A stretch of 64,000 nucleotides of DNA, from contig NC_045697.1 of the NCBI RefSeq assembly GCF_009834535.1, positions 26,290,001 to 26,354,000 of the forward strand, read 5' to 3'. This stretch comes from Camelus ferus. Lineage: Eukaryota. A program made the position numbers and the translations under genes. Position 1 is the first letter of the stretch; the number at the start of each line of letters is the position of its first letter. Shown piece after piece: positions 25,910-37,475 of the stretch. Under the pieces are notes generated by a model. That model did no database searches, was not told the DNA's origin, and saw nothing but the letters and a program-made list of their open reading frames with translations.

Positions 25910-26635
25910 TCCTTGTATACTGTTTGTAGGCATGTAAATTGGTATACTCACTATGAAAAAAAAGTATGAAGTTTCCTCAAAAATACAAAATTAGAACTAA
26001 CATATGATCCAGCAACTTTGCTCCTGGGTATGTATCCAAAGAAAATGAAAACACTAGTTCAAAAACATATATGTACCTCAATGTTCAGAGTTCACTATTT
26101 ATAAGAGCCAAGACATGTAAAGAACCCAAGTGTCCATCAACAGATAAATGGATAAAGAAGAAGTGATACACATACACACACAGACACTCCACAATGGGAT
26201 ATTACTTAGCCATAAAAAAGAATGAACTTCTGCCACTTGCGGCAATGTAGATAGACTTAGGGAATATTATGCTTAGTGAAATAAGTTAGACAGAGAAAGA
26301 CAAACAATGTATCATACCACCTATATATAGACTCTAAAAAATAATACAAACAAATGTATATGCACAACAGAAAGTGACTTACAGATATAGAAAACAAACG
26401 AGTGGTTACCAGTGAGAAAAGGGAAGGGGTAGGAGCAAGTTAGAGGTATGGGATTAAGAGATACAAACTACTATGTATAAAATAGATAAGAAACAAGAAT
26501 ATATTGCATAGCACAGGAATTATAGCCATTATCTTATAATAACCTTTAATGGAGTGTAATCTATAAATATACTGATCACTATTCTGTACACCTGAAACTA
26601 ATATAATATTGTAAGTCAATTACACCTCAGTTTTA
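25910..26635 (+). mobile_element. L1 ORF2 C-terminus and 3'UTR
   Basis: catatgatccagcaact, caacagataaatggataaagaag, tacacctgaaactaatataatattgtaagtcaattacacctca. Confidence 0.9.
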
Positions 26636-26682
26636 TATATATATGTATATATATGTATGCATGTATGTATGTATATATGTAT
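26634..26682. repeat. (TA)n/(TATG)n microsatellite at the L1 tail
   Basis: tatatatatatgtatatatatgtatgcatgtatgtatg. Confidence 0.85.
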
Positions 26683-28789
26683 CTTTACACTACATCTCCT
26701 TTCATTGTCTCATTGCTTATTTTTTTAAGTTTCTGAATTTGTGCTTTGCATTCATTTAGAATTAATTGTTTTATTATTTTATTCAATTTGTGTACAAATG
26801 TTGGATCGTATTTTTTCCTATTTTGAGCAACACAATTTCTAATAAGTGGGGATTTTAAAGTCTACTTAATACATTTTGCTTCTTTTTCAAAGATTTTCTT
26901 TTTGTTGTACTTTGTATAGATGAAGTACCAGTTCTTTTTCTTTTTCTTTTTCTTTTTTTGCTACTTACTTCTGAATAAGTTAGATTTTCCTGAACCTCTT
27001 TACAGGGCATCACTCTGCATCAGTAGTGGGACCAAAGCCCTGATTAAACTTTAAGGTTTTCTAAAAAAGGGGCCCCTGTTTTCCTTGCTGCCACAGAGAC
27101 AGTATTCAGCCCACCTCCTCTATTCTCTGATTCTAACAGCATACAGGATAGTTTCTGCCTCCAACACTGTTATCCCTCAGTGTCTCAAGAACCTCCATAA
27201 TGGGACATACCATGATCCTCAAGGTAAATTTTTGAGCTTCCAGACATTTATGTATGTCTTGTGGTATTTAGGGCTGTCTACTGATACTAGTCTCTCTCCA
27301 TATCTTTTGCACCTCCACTTCTCCTCCCCTACACTCTGCTTCTTCTCCAGCTCATTCTTGCTCACCTCAGCTCTTGCTATGGCTGTTGTAAATTCAGGAT
27401 ATTGCTATAGCTTTCAGAGTAAACCTTTCCTAACCAGGGAATGAACCCTGGGCTCATCTCTAAGATCTGCTGACCCTAGAATCCCTTGACATTCTCCATT
27501 CTTCTTCCCACTTGGCCACTCTCAGCTGATTTTGACTTTTGAAAGTAAAATTAGCAAAATTTAGTTTGTTTATTAACTTTTTGTTTCTCTTATTATTTTG
27601 TTTGATTCCCAGGAGGAGGAAAAGATAGTGAAATATGCTAGAAGTACTCATACCATGGACTTTTTCTGGAGAATTTTTTCTCAGAAAACCGCAGTCGATT
27701 TTTCCTCACAATATGGATTTGAGCCACACTGATTAATGGGACATGTTGGAATTTTTGTAACTGAAATAGTCTGGGTTTTGACTAGGAAGGAGTGGGGTCT
27801 TACTTCTAGTTTCCCTTCAACAGGTGTCTTTTCCATCCCTAAGGAAATTCAAATATTATAAATTTAAAAACAATATGAGGGAACAGCACTCCCAAGTTCT
27901 GATCCAACTGCAAACATGTCAATACTCAGTTTCCTCCAAATGTCAAGCCTCAACATACTAAAAAAGTCAAACAAACCTCTTGAGAAATGTTACTACACAC
28001 ACTTCAATAATTCAAAATGAGGTAGCATATCAAGCTGGCCAAGAGATTGCAGAGAAATGTGATATACTCTTCAAGCTGAGAATCATGACTATTATTTTAC
28101 TTGTCACTTCTTAAAACTAAATACTTCAGTTTTCTTAATTTTATTTTAATCTCTGCTTTATTAATATATTTACATATAAATTAGAGAGAAACATTCTTCA
28201 TAACATTTCCTTTGATGCCTTTACCCGTTTTCAAAATACTCCTTTCTCTCCAGTTCTCTTTTGGCTTTTTCAATAGAAACAATCTCCAATAATCCTTGCA
28301 AACCTAAAGTGGAACTAATTTAGATTTAGCCTGATAAATCCTAGAAAGGAATTTATCTTCATGTTATTTTTTAACTTACTTGAATCCATACTGCTTGGTG
28401 TGGATTCATATAAGGTATACAGTGATATTATTTTTAGTTTAATAGATATTGAGTCCTTACTGGGGAGAGGAGGGTAATTTATGCAAATATCCTATGGAGA
28501 GAATAATCATTTTTATTTACTAATATAGTTTAAGTAAAAATCCTTCTAAATCAAGCAGTTCATTATAAAGAACATGGGTTAGTAATAATCTATTTGACAA
28601 AATGCAAATTCTGACTCCAAAAAATTGATTTTAATGTGGAATTTTGCCATTTAAATCTAACTCAACAATCAAACACTGAATCTTGACTCTGAGCAGAGTT
28701 TTGCTAAAAATAAAAATAAGTTCCTAACTGAAGAATTTGGAAATAAGATCATATAATTCTAAGATACAAAGTATGTTATATAAAGTGAC

Positions 28790-29570
28790 CAAGAATAGCC
28801 ACATGCAAAAAAAAAAAAGAAAAAAGAAAATGGAACGCTATCTTATACCAGACACAAAAATTATCTCAAAATGGATTAAAGCCTGAAATGTAACACCTGA
28901 AACCATAAAACTCCTAGGGAAAAAAAACATAGGCTTTAGGTTCCTTGACATTGGTCTTGGTGATGGTTTTATGGATTTGACACCAAAAGCAAAGGCAAGA
29001 AAAGCAAAAATAAACAAGTGGGACTACAGTAAACTAAAAAACTTCTGCACAGCAAAGGAAACCATCAACAAAATAAAAGGTAACCTCCTGAATTGGAGAA
29101 AATACTGGCTATTCATGTATCTGATAAGGGGTTAATATTTAATATATAGAAAGAACTCATTCAAGTCAATAGCAAAAAAAAAAAAAAAAAAAAAAAAAGT
29201 AAACAATCCCAACAATTAAAAATGAGCAGAAGATCTAAATAGACATTTGTCCAAAGAAGACAGAGAGATGACCAACAGACACATGAAAAGATGCTCAACA
29301 GTATTAACCATCAGGGAAATGCAAATTACAAGAGATCACCTCACACCTGTTAGAATAGCTATTATCAAAAAGACAAAAAAGTAACTTTTTAGAGAGGATA
29401 TGGAGAAAAGGAAACTCTTATGCAGTGTTGATGGGAATGTAAATTGGTGCAGCTGCTATAGAAAACAATTCAGAGGTTCTTCAGAAAGTTAAAAGTAGAA
29501 CTATCATATGATCTAGCAATTCCACTCCTGGATATTTATCTGAGGAAAACAAAAACATTGGAAAAAAGAT
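28790..29570 (+). mobile_element. L1 ORF2 3' region, truncated
   Basis: ctcaaaatggattaaag...aacaagtgggactac...aaacttctgcacagcaaaggaaacc...atgatctagcaattccactcctgg. Confidence 0.9.
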
Positions 29571-30967
29571 AAAGATGGTGGAGTGGAAGGACTCAGAGCT
29601 CACCTCCCACCATGAACACATCAAAAATACATTTACACATGGAGCAATTCTCACTGAAAACTAATGCCATAAGAAAGATCCACAGGAATTGGGTAGGAAG
29701 GAAAGCAAAGCTGTCAGTTCAGGACCTGTGCCCTTGGGAAGGGACTCAGAAGAGGAGGGGGATTACAAGGATGGAGATCCTCCCCAGGGAGTGAATGGAT
29801 CAAGCCAATATTGGGGACCCCAGCCCTGAGGTCCAACACCAGGAAGATGAATCCCCTCAGCTAGTTTGAAAACCAGTAGGACTAGTAGGAGGGCTGTAAG
29901 AAACCTAGACTCAGCCGATGAAGAGCACGCACATACTTGCTTTCTCCCCAAACAAGGTGAAAGAAGCAAACTGAATCTGTACGGATTCTGGCCAGTTTCC
30001 TGAGAACATCCAGGCACATGCCCCAGCCTGAGCCAAGTGCTCTGTCTGGCCCTGCTTACTCCTCAAAGCAGACGCAGCTCCACACTAGGGCAAGGACTGC
30101 CGCAGCTGAGGAGGGTGCTTGGTTATGAGGGAAGAAGCCAGCTCTGACCCAGAATGGCATTTAAAGGAAGTGGGGCAGACAATACTGGTACTTATAGAGG
30201 CTATATCCGGAACAGTCCTGAATTCCAGGGCCAGGACCATCACAGCTCTCACCCTGACCAATACTGAGCCCCTGTCCCAGCCACTCTTGTTCCAGTACTG
30301 CTCCCCTATTGTGGAGGGTGCTGCTGCTGGTGCTGTGAGGGTGGGAGAGCACGCACTTAGAGGAAATGCTCAGACATGACTCTCAGGGCTTCTGCCTCAG
30401 CAATCTGGGACCCAACCCCACACCCAATAGGGTAGTGTTGACCACTGAGCAGAAGAGAAGCCCTAGGTCACACGTGGCTCTGGCTCTAGCCAGCACACCC
30501 TGGTGGAAGATGTAACTTGTGTTCACGTCAGATCCAGCTCTCCCACCAAAGCCACTGGGCACGTGGAGACTATTCAGGGACATTCCCATATGAGGATACC
30601 CCATCAAGCCTGCAGTAAGTAACTCTTTCACCTACTTTCATAGAGACAGAGAACAAACAAAGTGAGAACATGGAGGAATTTGTTCTAGTTGAAAGAAAAA
30701 GAGAAAACTCCAGAAAAAAAAAAATCTAATGAAATAGACATAAATGATTTACCAATAAAGAGTTTAAAACATTAGTAATAAGAATGCTAACTGAATTAGG
30801 GAAATGAATAAATGAGCACAGTAAGAATGTTAAGAAGGAACTAGAAAATACAAAAAAGAATTGGTCAGAACCAAGGAATATAATAAATGAAATGAAAAAC
30901 ATACTAGAAGGAATTAATAGCTTACTAGGTGATACAGAAGAATGCATAAGTGATCCAAAAGATAAAG
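29571..30967 (+). mobile_element. L1 5'UTR and ORF1 start, 3'-truncated
   Basis: aagatggtggagtggaaggac..gagctcacctc 5' start, GC-richer UTR, then ORF1 coiled-coil-like gaaatgaaaaacatactagaaggaattaatagc. Confidence 0.8.
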
Positions 30968-33351
30968 AGCTATGCATTTGCATGTTTGGAGCAGAATGTT
31001 TGTATAATGGGGAAATTAGATGTATTATGACCAATTAGGACAAATTACAATTTTGTAGGCAGAATTAGTAGGAAATGTCTTGTAAGTATGGCAGGTTGAT
31101 CACATATATTTATTTTCACTCCTACCAGGACCTTCTACAATGACAATTTTAAAAAATAAATGGAGATAATTATATCGATATATAGATGTGTAGATTAGAT
31201 TAGATTAGATAGGTTTCCTATACTTGTGTAGATAAGTGGTGGAGACCACCTTATAGATTATGAAGTTACAGAATCAAAGAGTTAGAAGGTACCATAGATC
31301 TTATCTAGTCTAATACGTTCACTAAAGTTCAGTCCCAACAGGTAGTTTCCCAAATTATACTTTAGGACATTGCTAACAACCTAAAAGTTATTCCTTTTAT
31401 TAGAGTGAATGCTGTTTTTTTAGAAACTTCTATCTTCTAACCTTAGTTATGACTTCTGGAGGCACACATACTAAGTATAATTTCAATTTCTAATGATAGT
31501 ACCTGAGATATGAGAAAGTAGTTTTTGTTTCTTACTGAAAACTCCAGACTAACATCTTCATTTCTTACTTAAAACTTCTCCAGACTAACATCTTCAACAT
31601 GATGTGGGCCCATTCCCTTCCTGATCACTCTATTCTCAGTGTCTTCCATGTTGCTAATTGTCCACATTTTGATATTTTGGTGCCCAGTGCTAAAGAAAAT
31701 TATCTGGATATGAGTTGATCAGAGTAAGCTATTTTATGTCTGTCCCCTGGATATGTTTCTAAAGTTGGAATGTCTCTATAAAGAGGATAATGCTTAACCT
31801 TGGCCCCTCTCTGACACAAAAAATATTTTAGAGATAGAATATTGGGATATTATTATTTTAACAAATACACAGACAAGAGCTATCTTCTTATCAATAAAGG
31901 GATTTTAAACAGATATATTAAGTTCCTTGAGATAATGAATTACTCAGATGACAGATCACCACTCCTATTTTTAATTTACTCTACATGAAGAGAAATGAAG
32001 AAAACTGTTCTGTAGAAACATCAGTAATAGGAACTTGATTTTCTCCTTTAAGTTACCCAGTCAGAGGAACATAATTAAGCCCAGTCAGAGGAACACAATC
32101 TCTCCTAACAATTCTTTAAAGTCAACTTGATTCCAATCAAACATTCTATCAACCAGTTTCAATTCAGTGTCTTCTATAGTATCACCTAACACTGAGCAGA
32201 AATAAAAATGAATCATAAGACAAAGTTCCTTCCACAATTTTGCCACAATCTGGGGGAAAGATAAGGATATAAATGAAATTATTAGAAATATAACATGGTA
32301 TATCTTTTATTCTACTAAGTGTGTGAAGCATCCTCCAAAAGATGTATGTCATTCATACAGATTCATAACAAATATGATCATATACTCTGTGTCTGGCACT
32401 ATCATTTTGCCCTTTTAAAGTCATCTGATAAGTAAAAACAAGCAAAAAGACATTCATAATATATAGTATAAAAACAGTATGAAAGATGGCATTAAGTGGA
32501 GTCAGAATCTTAGTAAATGGAAGTAATTGATGATTTTGTGTCAATACATTATTTTCAACTTGATTATTGAATTTATGTTTAATGGAGATTCCTCATCTCC
32601 CTGTGGTTTTTCAGTTAATTAAAAGAAAGTTTGAAAAGTTCCTTAATATCCATCCTATACACATATTTAATAACTACATAACTCCTCTAATTCACTGTCC
32701 ATAAACTTATGTTCTTAAATTTTATTGGGATATATCTGACAAATTTGTTGTGTTTGTTCATTCAAGTGACTGTGAACTACTCATTTTTGTAAGTTGCAGT
32801 GTTTTTTGCTTTACAATAAAAGTTACCTAAAATTACTTTTTTCTCCATGGCTCATGTAGAGAAAGCATTTAAATTATATTTGATTAAAATTATGTCCTAC
32901 TGGTTTGTAACAAAAACCTACATCAAGTCACACAAGAGGAAATTTGAACTTAAATATCCCACTACCTTATTATTGCTTTCAGTTCCCTTTAATAATTATT
33001 AAGTATTTAATAAGTATGATAACATTTGAATCAAATAAAATATGAAAATGGTCTACATACATCTTTGAGTTTAACTAATTTGGAGGCTACTGCCTATAAC
33101 TCAAGGGGTACACTTAAAGTCAGGGATGATTTTCTACAAATGTTACAAAAAGGCACTTGCATTCAATACTAATTAAATACTGGGTATCAAGTAAAGATCA
33201 GCTAAATGTTATTTTTAAAATTCTGACTCAATAAAATATAACAGAATAATAACTGTATCATTAAAGTATAAATATTATTTGAGATCCATACTTAACAAAA
33301 ACCAATAAATCTGTGACACCAAAAAGTTATGTCTTCTTTATCATTTTAAAT

Positions 33352-34180
33352 TGTTAGTGTAATAGTTATCTATTGTATAATAACTTACAAGCAAACAGTG
33401 GCTTAAAACAGCAAACATTTCTTATCTCATCTTAAGGGTGGTTTGGTGGGTGATCTGGCTCAGTCTTTCTTAACCTTGCAGCCAAGCTCTCAGTTAGGGC
33501 TGTGGTCATCTCAGATTGGACTGATAGATTTGCTTCCTAGCTAATTAACATAGCTGCTAGCAGATCTCAAAAGCTCTGCTTCTAAGCTCATTCATGTAGT
33601 GCTGGTAGGCTTATCATATGACCTTTTCTTTGGCTGCTTGAGCATCCTCACACATGGCAGCCAGTTTTCCCCCCTCTAGAACTATTTCAGAATATATAGA
33701 ACTATTTCAAAACATATTATCTGGCTTCCCCAAAGCATGTGCTTTGAGACAGAGAGAACAAGAGAACAGACTTAAGAATTGACAGTGATCACAGTCTTTT
33801 TAAAACCTAATAACTTGTTTATTTTTAGAATTCATGTTGCTAAAAATTACTAGAATGCAATAATGAATATATGTATGTTCATGTATAACTGAAAAATTGT
33901 GCTGTACACTGGAAATTGACACAACATTGTAAACTGACTATAACTCAGTAAAAAAAATGTTAAAAATTACTAGCAACAAATTATCTAGGGGTGATTTTAA
34001 AAAAGTAAAAATAAACTAATATAGAGCAAAAAGTTAAAAAAAAAGAGCTCTAATATCAACAGTGACATCCTATAACTTCTGCTGTATTCTGTTCCCATTC
34101 AAACAGAGAGGAAATAAGCTTCACCCATTGAATATAAGAGTATCAAATAATCTGTAGATATGCTTTAAAACAACCACATT
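33352..34180 (-). mobile_element. MaLR LTR (MLT1G/H-like), interrupted
   Basis: tagttatctattg...gtggcttaaaacagcaaacattt...gcatcctcacacatggcag...acttctgctgtattctgtt. Confidence 0.65.
33854..33960 (+). mobile_element. Very short young L1 3'-end insertion with 13-bp TSD
   Basis: aatgaatatatgtatgttcatgtataactgaaaaattgtgctgtacac...ctataactcagtaaaaaaaa; TAAAAATTACTAG at 33841-33853 and 33961-33973. Confidence 0.85.
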
Positions 34181-36584
34181 TAATTACTAACTATAACTTG
34201 GAAAATCTTGCAGAATTTTTAGAAGAGAACTTTGTAAAAAAATTCCTCACATTTTATAGTTGTAAAATAAATATATCAAGGGAAATACCTGGGATATACA
34301 TTACTAAAAAGTATTCTCAGAGTCAGAAATCTACTTGAAATTCTTACTTAGAAGACTCTACTTCAAGGTATGAGTAGAAAGTTACGACAATTTGACTCGC
34401 CCCCCCACCGCCAATTGTAGTAACTGTCATTGTCATAAAGCTTCTTTCCTCTAAATCCAAGCCTGATTTTTCTTACGTCATCTCTTTTAACAAGTTTAGA
34501 AAATCAATACTATAAGTTTCAGAGAAAGTATGGTATGCCATATCTTTCTTCAGTTTGTTGGTTTCTTCCTTCTTCAAACCTGGATGAATTTAGACAGTTT
34601 TTCCTGAGTGTCAAACCCATTTTTATTTTATAATCATCTTTCCCAGAAAAGACTATGCAGATTTTACATATTCTTCCTTTCTCGTAAAATTAATTTACAT
34701 TTTATAAGCTATTTCTAAACGGGTTTTCTGAGGGAAAGGATATTTAAAGGCATCAGAAGATTTTTTTCCTCTTGGAAACATATTAAATTTTTCTATTGGT
34801 AAGCATAATGTGAACATTGAAAATAAGATTCTTCAATTATATTTAATTGGCCATTTTAGGAAGCTATTTTTAAACATTCAAGAACCATTCAAATTCATCT
34901 TGTGATTAAATGGCTAAATAATTTAGTATTGGTATAACATTTGATATGTGGTAAAGAGAACATATTAGTTTAGCACAACTAAGAAATGTTCTACTGATGA
35001 AACTGAGAAGACACAATTGAAATTGAAAAGACAAAATTCAGACATCAGTTTCAATAAGAAGCAGCAGAATGAAACTCCTGAAAAAAAAAAAAGGAACATT
35101 ACTGATGTAGAGAACAATCACCATTTCAGGAAAGAGATAAGGGAATCCATCATACTGAGGCAGATTCAGATAAATATACCAAGACTGATTGCAGGCAGAA
35201 GCCTGCAGCTTTGGAAATACTATAAGACTACAGTATGAAAGCTCCTTAAGAATGTAAATATGTATGTAAATATGTATGTAAATATGTATGACTGCCTTTG
35301 ACTACACTGTGGTCACAATAAAAAAATGTAATATATTTTTGTTACTGCTGTCATTTTAATGTTCACATTTTTGGACCTGACTTATACATATTGAAATTCT
35401 GGGGACTCCAAGAATGCTCCAGCAATTTTACTTTGACTCTGCTAATTTGCCTTGACTTCATCTTAATAAACGACCATGTCTTACTCATCTTGGTATTTCC
35501 ACAGAGATTACATTAGAATTTTACATGTATTAATTATTAAATTTAGTTTGTTTAGTTAAATATTTAAATGTTAGCAATGAGCTGAGTATGCGAAAAAAAA
35601 ATTCTCTAAAATATCACATGTAAAAATAGTTGACTAAGTGTTAAATAAATTGATTTTTTACATCAAATAAAATTTAAAGATTTTTACATAATTTAAAAGC
35701 TAACTAAATCCCACTGAAGATAGATACATCCCTAGGATAATACAAAATTCTGTGATTTTGTAAATAACTAAAGAATTCCCTATATATAATTAGAATATCT
35801 CTGTTGACACAAAAATATAAAAATTTATAATTATTTAATTTAATTATTTAATGATATTTTTACTGCTTAATTACCCATATGATCCATCAAGCCCATGGAG
35901 AAACTTCAACATCTGGTAAAATGAATAGATGACAGATGTAATTAATCCAAATAATAAGCCACTGATGGTTTTACTGATGGTATTGCTTAACTATAAAATG
36001 CAAGTTATGCATATAGTTTTTCCCTAAATTCTAATGGATCCACACAAAAACCTTCCATAAAAGTCTAGGTGCAAAATGTTGGGTTTGTTTTTGTCCACCT
36101 TCTATGCAATCAGATTCGTCAGTTGACAGAGAAGGATTAAAGAGTTCTTTTAAATGCTTCAAATTCTGAGAGAATTTTAGAGAAATCTATTGGTAAAACC
36201 AGTATCTTTAAATGTTTTATCCTCCAGCTCTCCTAGCAGTCCTTGATGCTTTCAACTATTTTTACGTTTTAAAGCTTATTCTTTACACAACTTCTAGGGT
36301 ATAATATTATTAACAGCCCTACCTTTTGTTCTCTAATTTTCCCTCCTACTTAAATATTAATTTTGTCAGATAAGAATATTAGAATAAAAATAACTACCAT
36401 TAAGTAATGCTATCACTATCATTTGACACAAAAGGGAATATTTGATCAGCAAAGTAATCCAAAGGGCATAATCTCAGATTAAACAATTGACAAACTTGCT
36501 CTTTATTAAAAAAAAAAGAAAGAAAAATTATACTAAAATGTTTAACATAGATAAATACAAAATATTTTCTCTGTAATATATATG

Positions 36585-36810
36585 ATAATGGCTAACATTT
36601 GTTGAGTGGTTACCATGTACCAAACACCATGGTTTATATATACATAAGGTATATTATTTAGTTAATTAGTTATATTATTTAATTATCAATCTCCTATGAC
36701 AGAGAACTAATGTTAACCCTACTTTACAGAAGAAGCACTTAATTGATTCATGATGAAATAAGATTTACAAAAATAATTTTCTCTACTCCAGGGACTAAAC
36801 TGCTGACAAA
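36585..36810 (-). mobile_element. MIR SINE
   Basis: ataatggctaacatttgttgagtggttaccatgtaccaaacacc. Confidence 0.6.
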
Positions 36811-37475
36811 TAAATAATATATTTACTACTCTTTTACTGGTACAATTCTTTCAAGTTGGGGATATTTCAAAGAACAACATACAGTAGAGCTCAATTCCAA
36901 CAACTTATTTTCTAATTTTAGCCATGAATTTTTCAAAAATCAAATTTCACATGATGAAACTCAATATCTTTTCTCCCAAATTTTCCAGTGAATTGAGAGA
37001 TTACTTCTCAATTCAGTTACTTCTCTACTTTTTTTGCATTTCCATACAGGATTTGGAAAGTGAAAATTGGAGGGAAAGGCAAGATGTCTGCTTTTGAAAT
37101 CTTCAAAAAGAGATAGAGGGTGATTTTCACTTCACAGTTTCTTATAGTTTGGGGAGATCATTATGACTATAGCCCTTGGTAGTTTGAATGGAACAAAGAG
37201 GACATACTGATGAGGGGCCATGATCCAGTAAAAATTACACCTTAAAAGCATTAGATTGAATAATGCTAAGAATATGATTTAAATCCATGACACCATGCTC
37301 AAATAACAAATTTAGATATCTGCTTTTGCTAAGAGAGGCAAACACAAATTTAAATTCTATTAAATAGAATGTTCCACTGCCTGAGGTTAACCATGATGTC
37401 AAGAGTAGTACAAAGAGTGTAACTGATGAATCTTGGCCTCTAGAATTTGTCCAGTTTCTCAAATACTTCTAAAGT

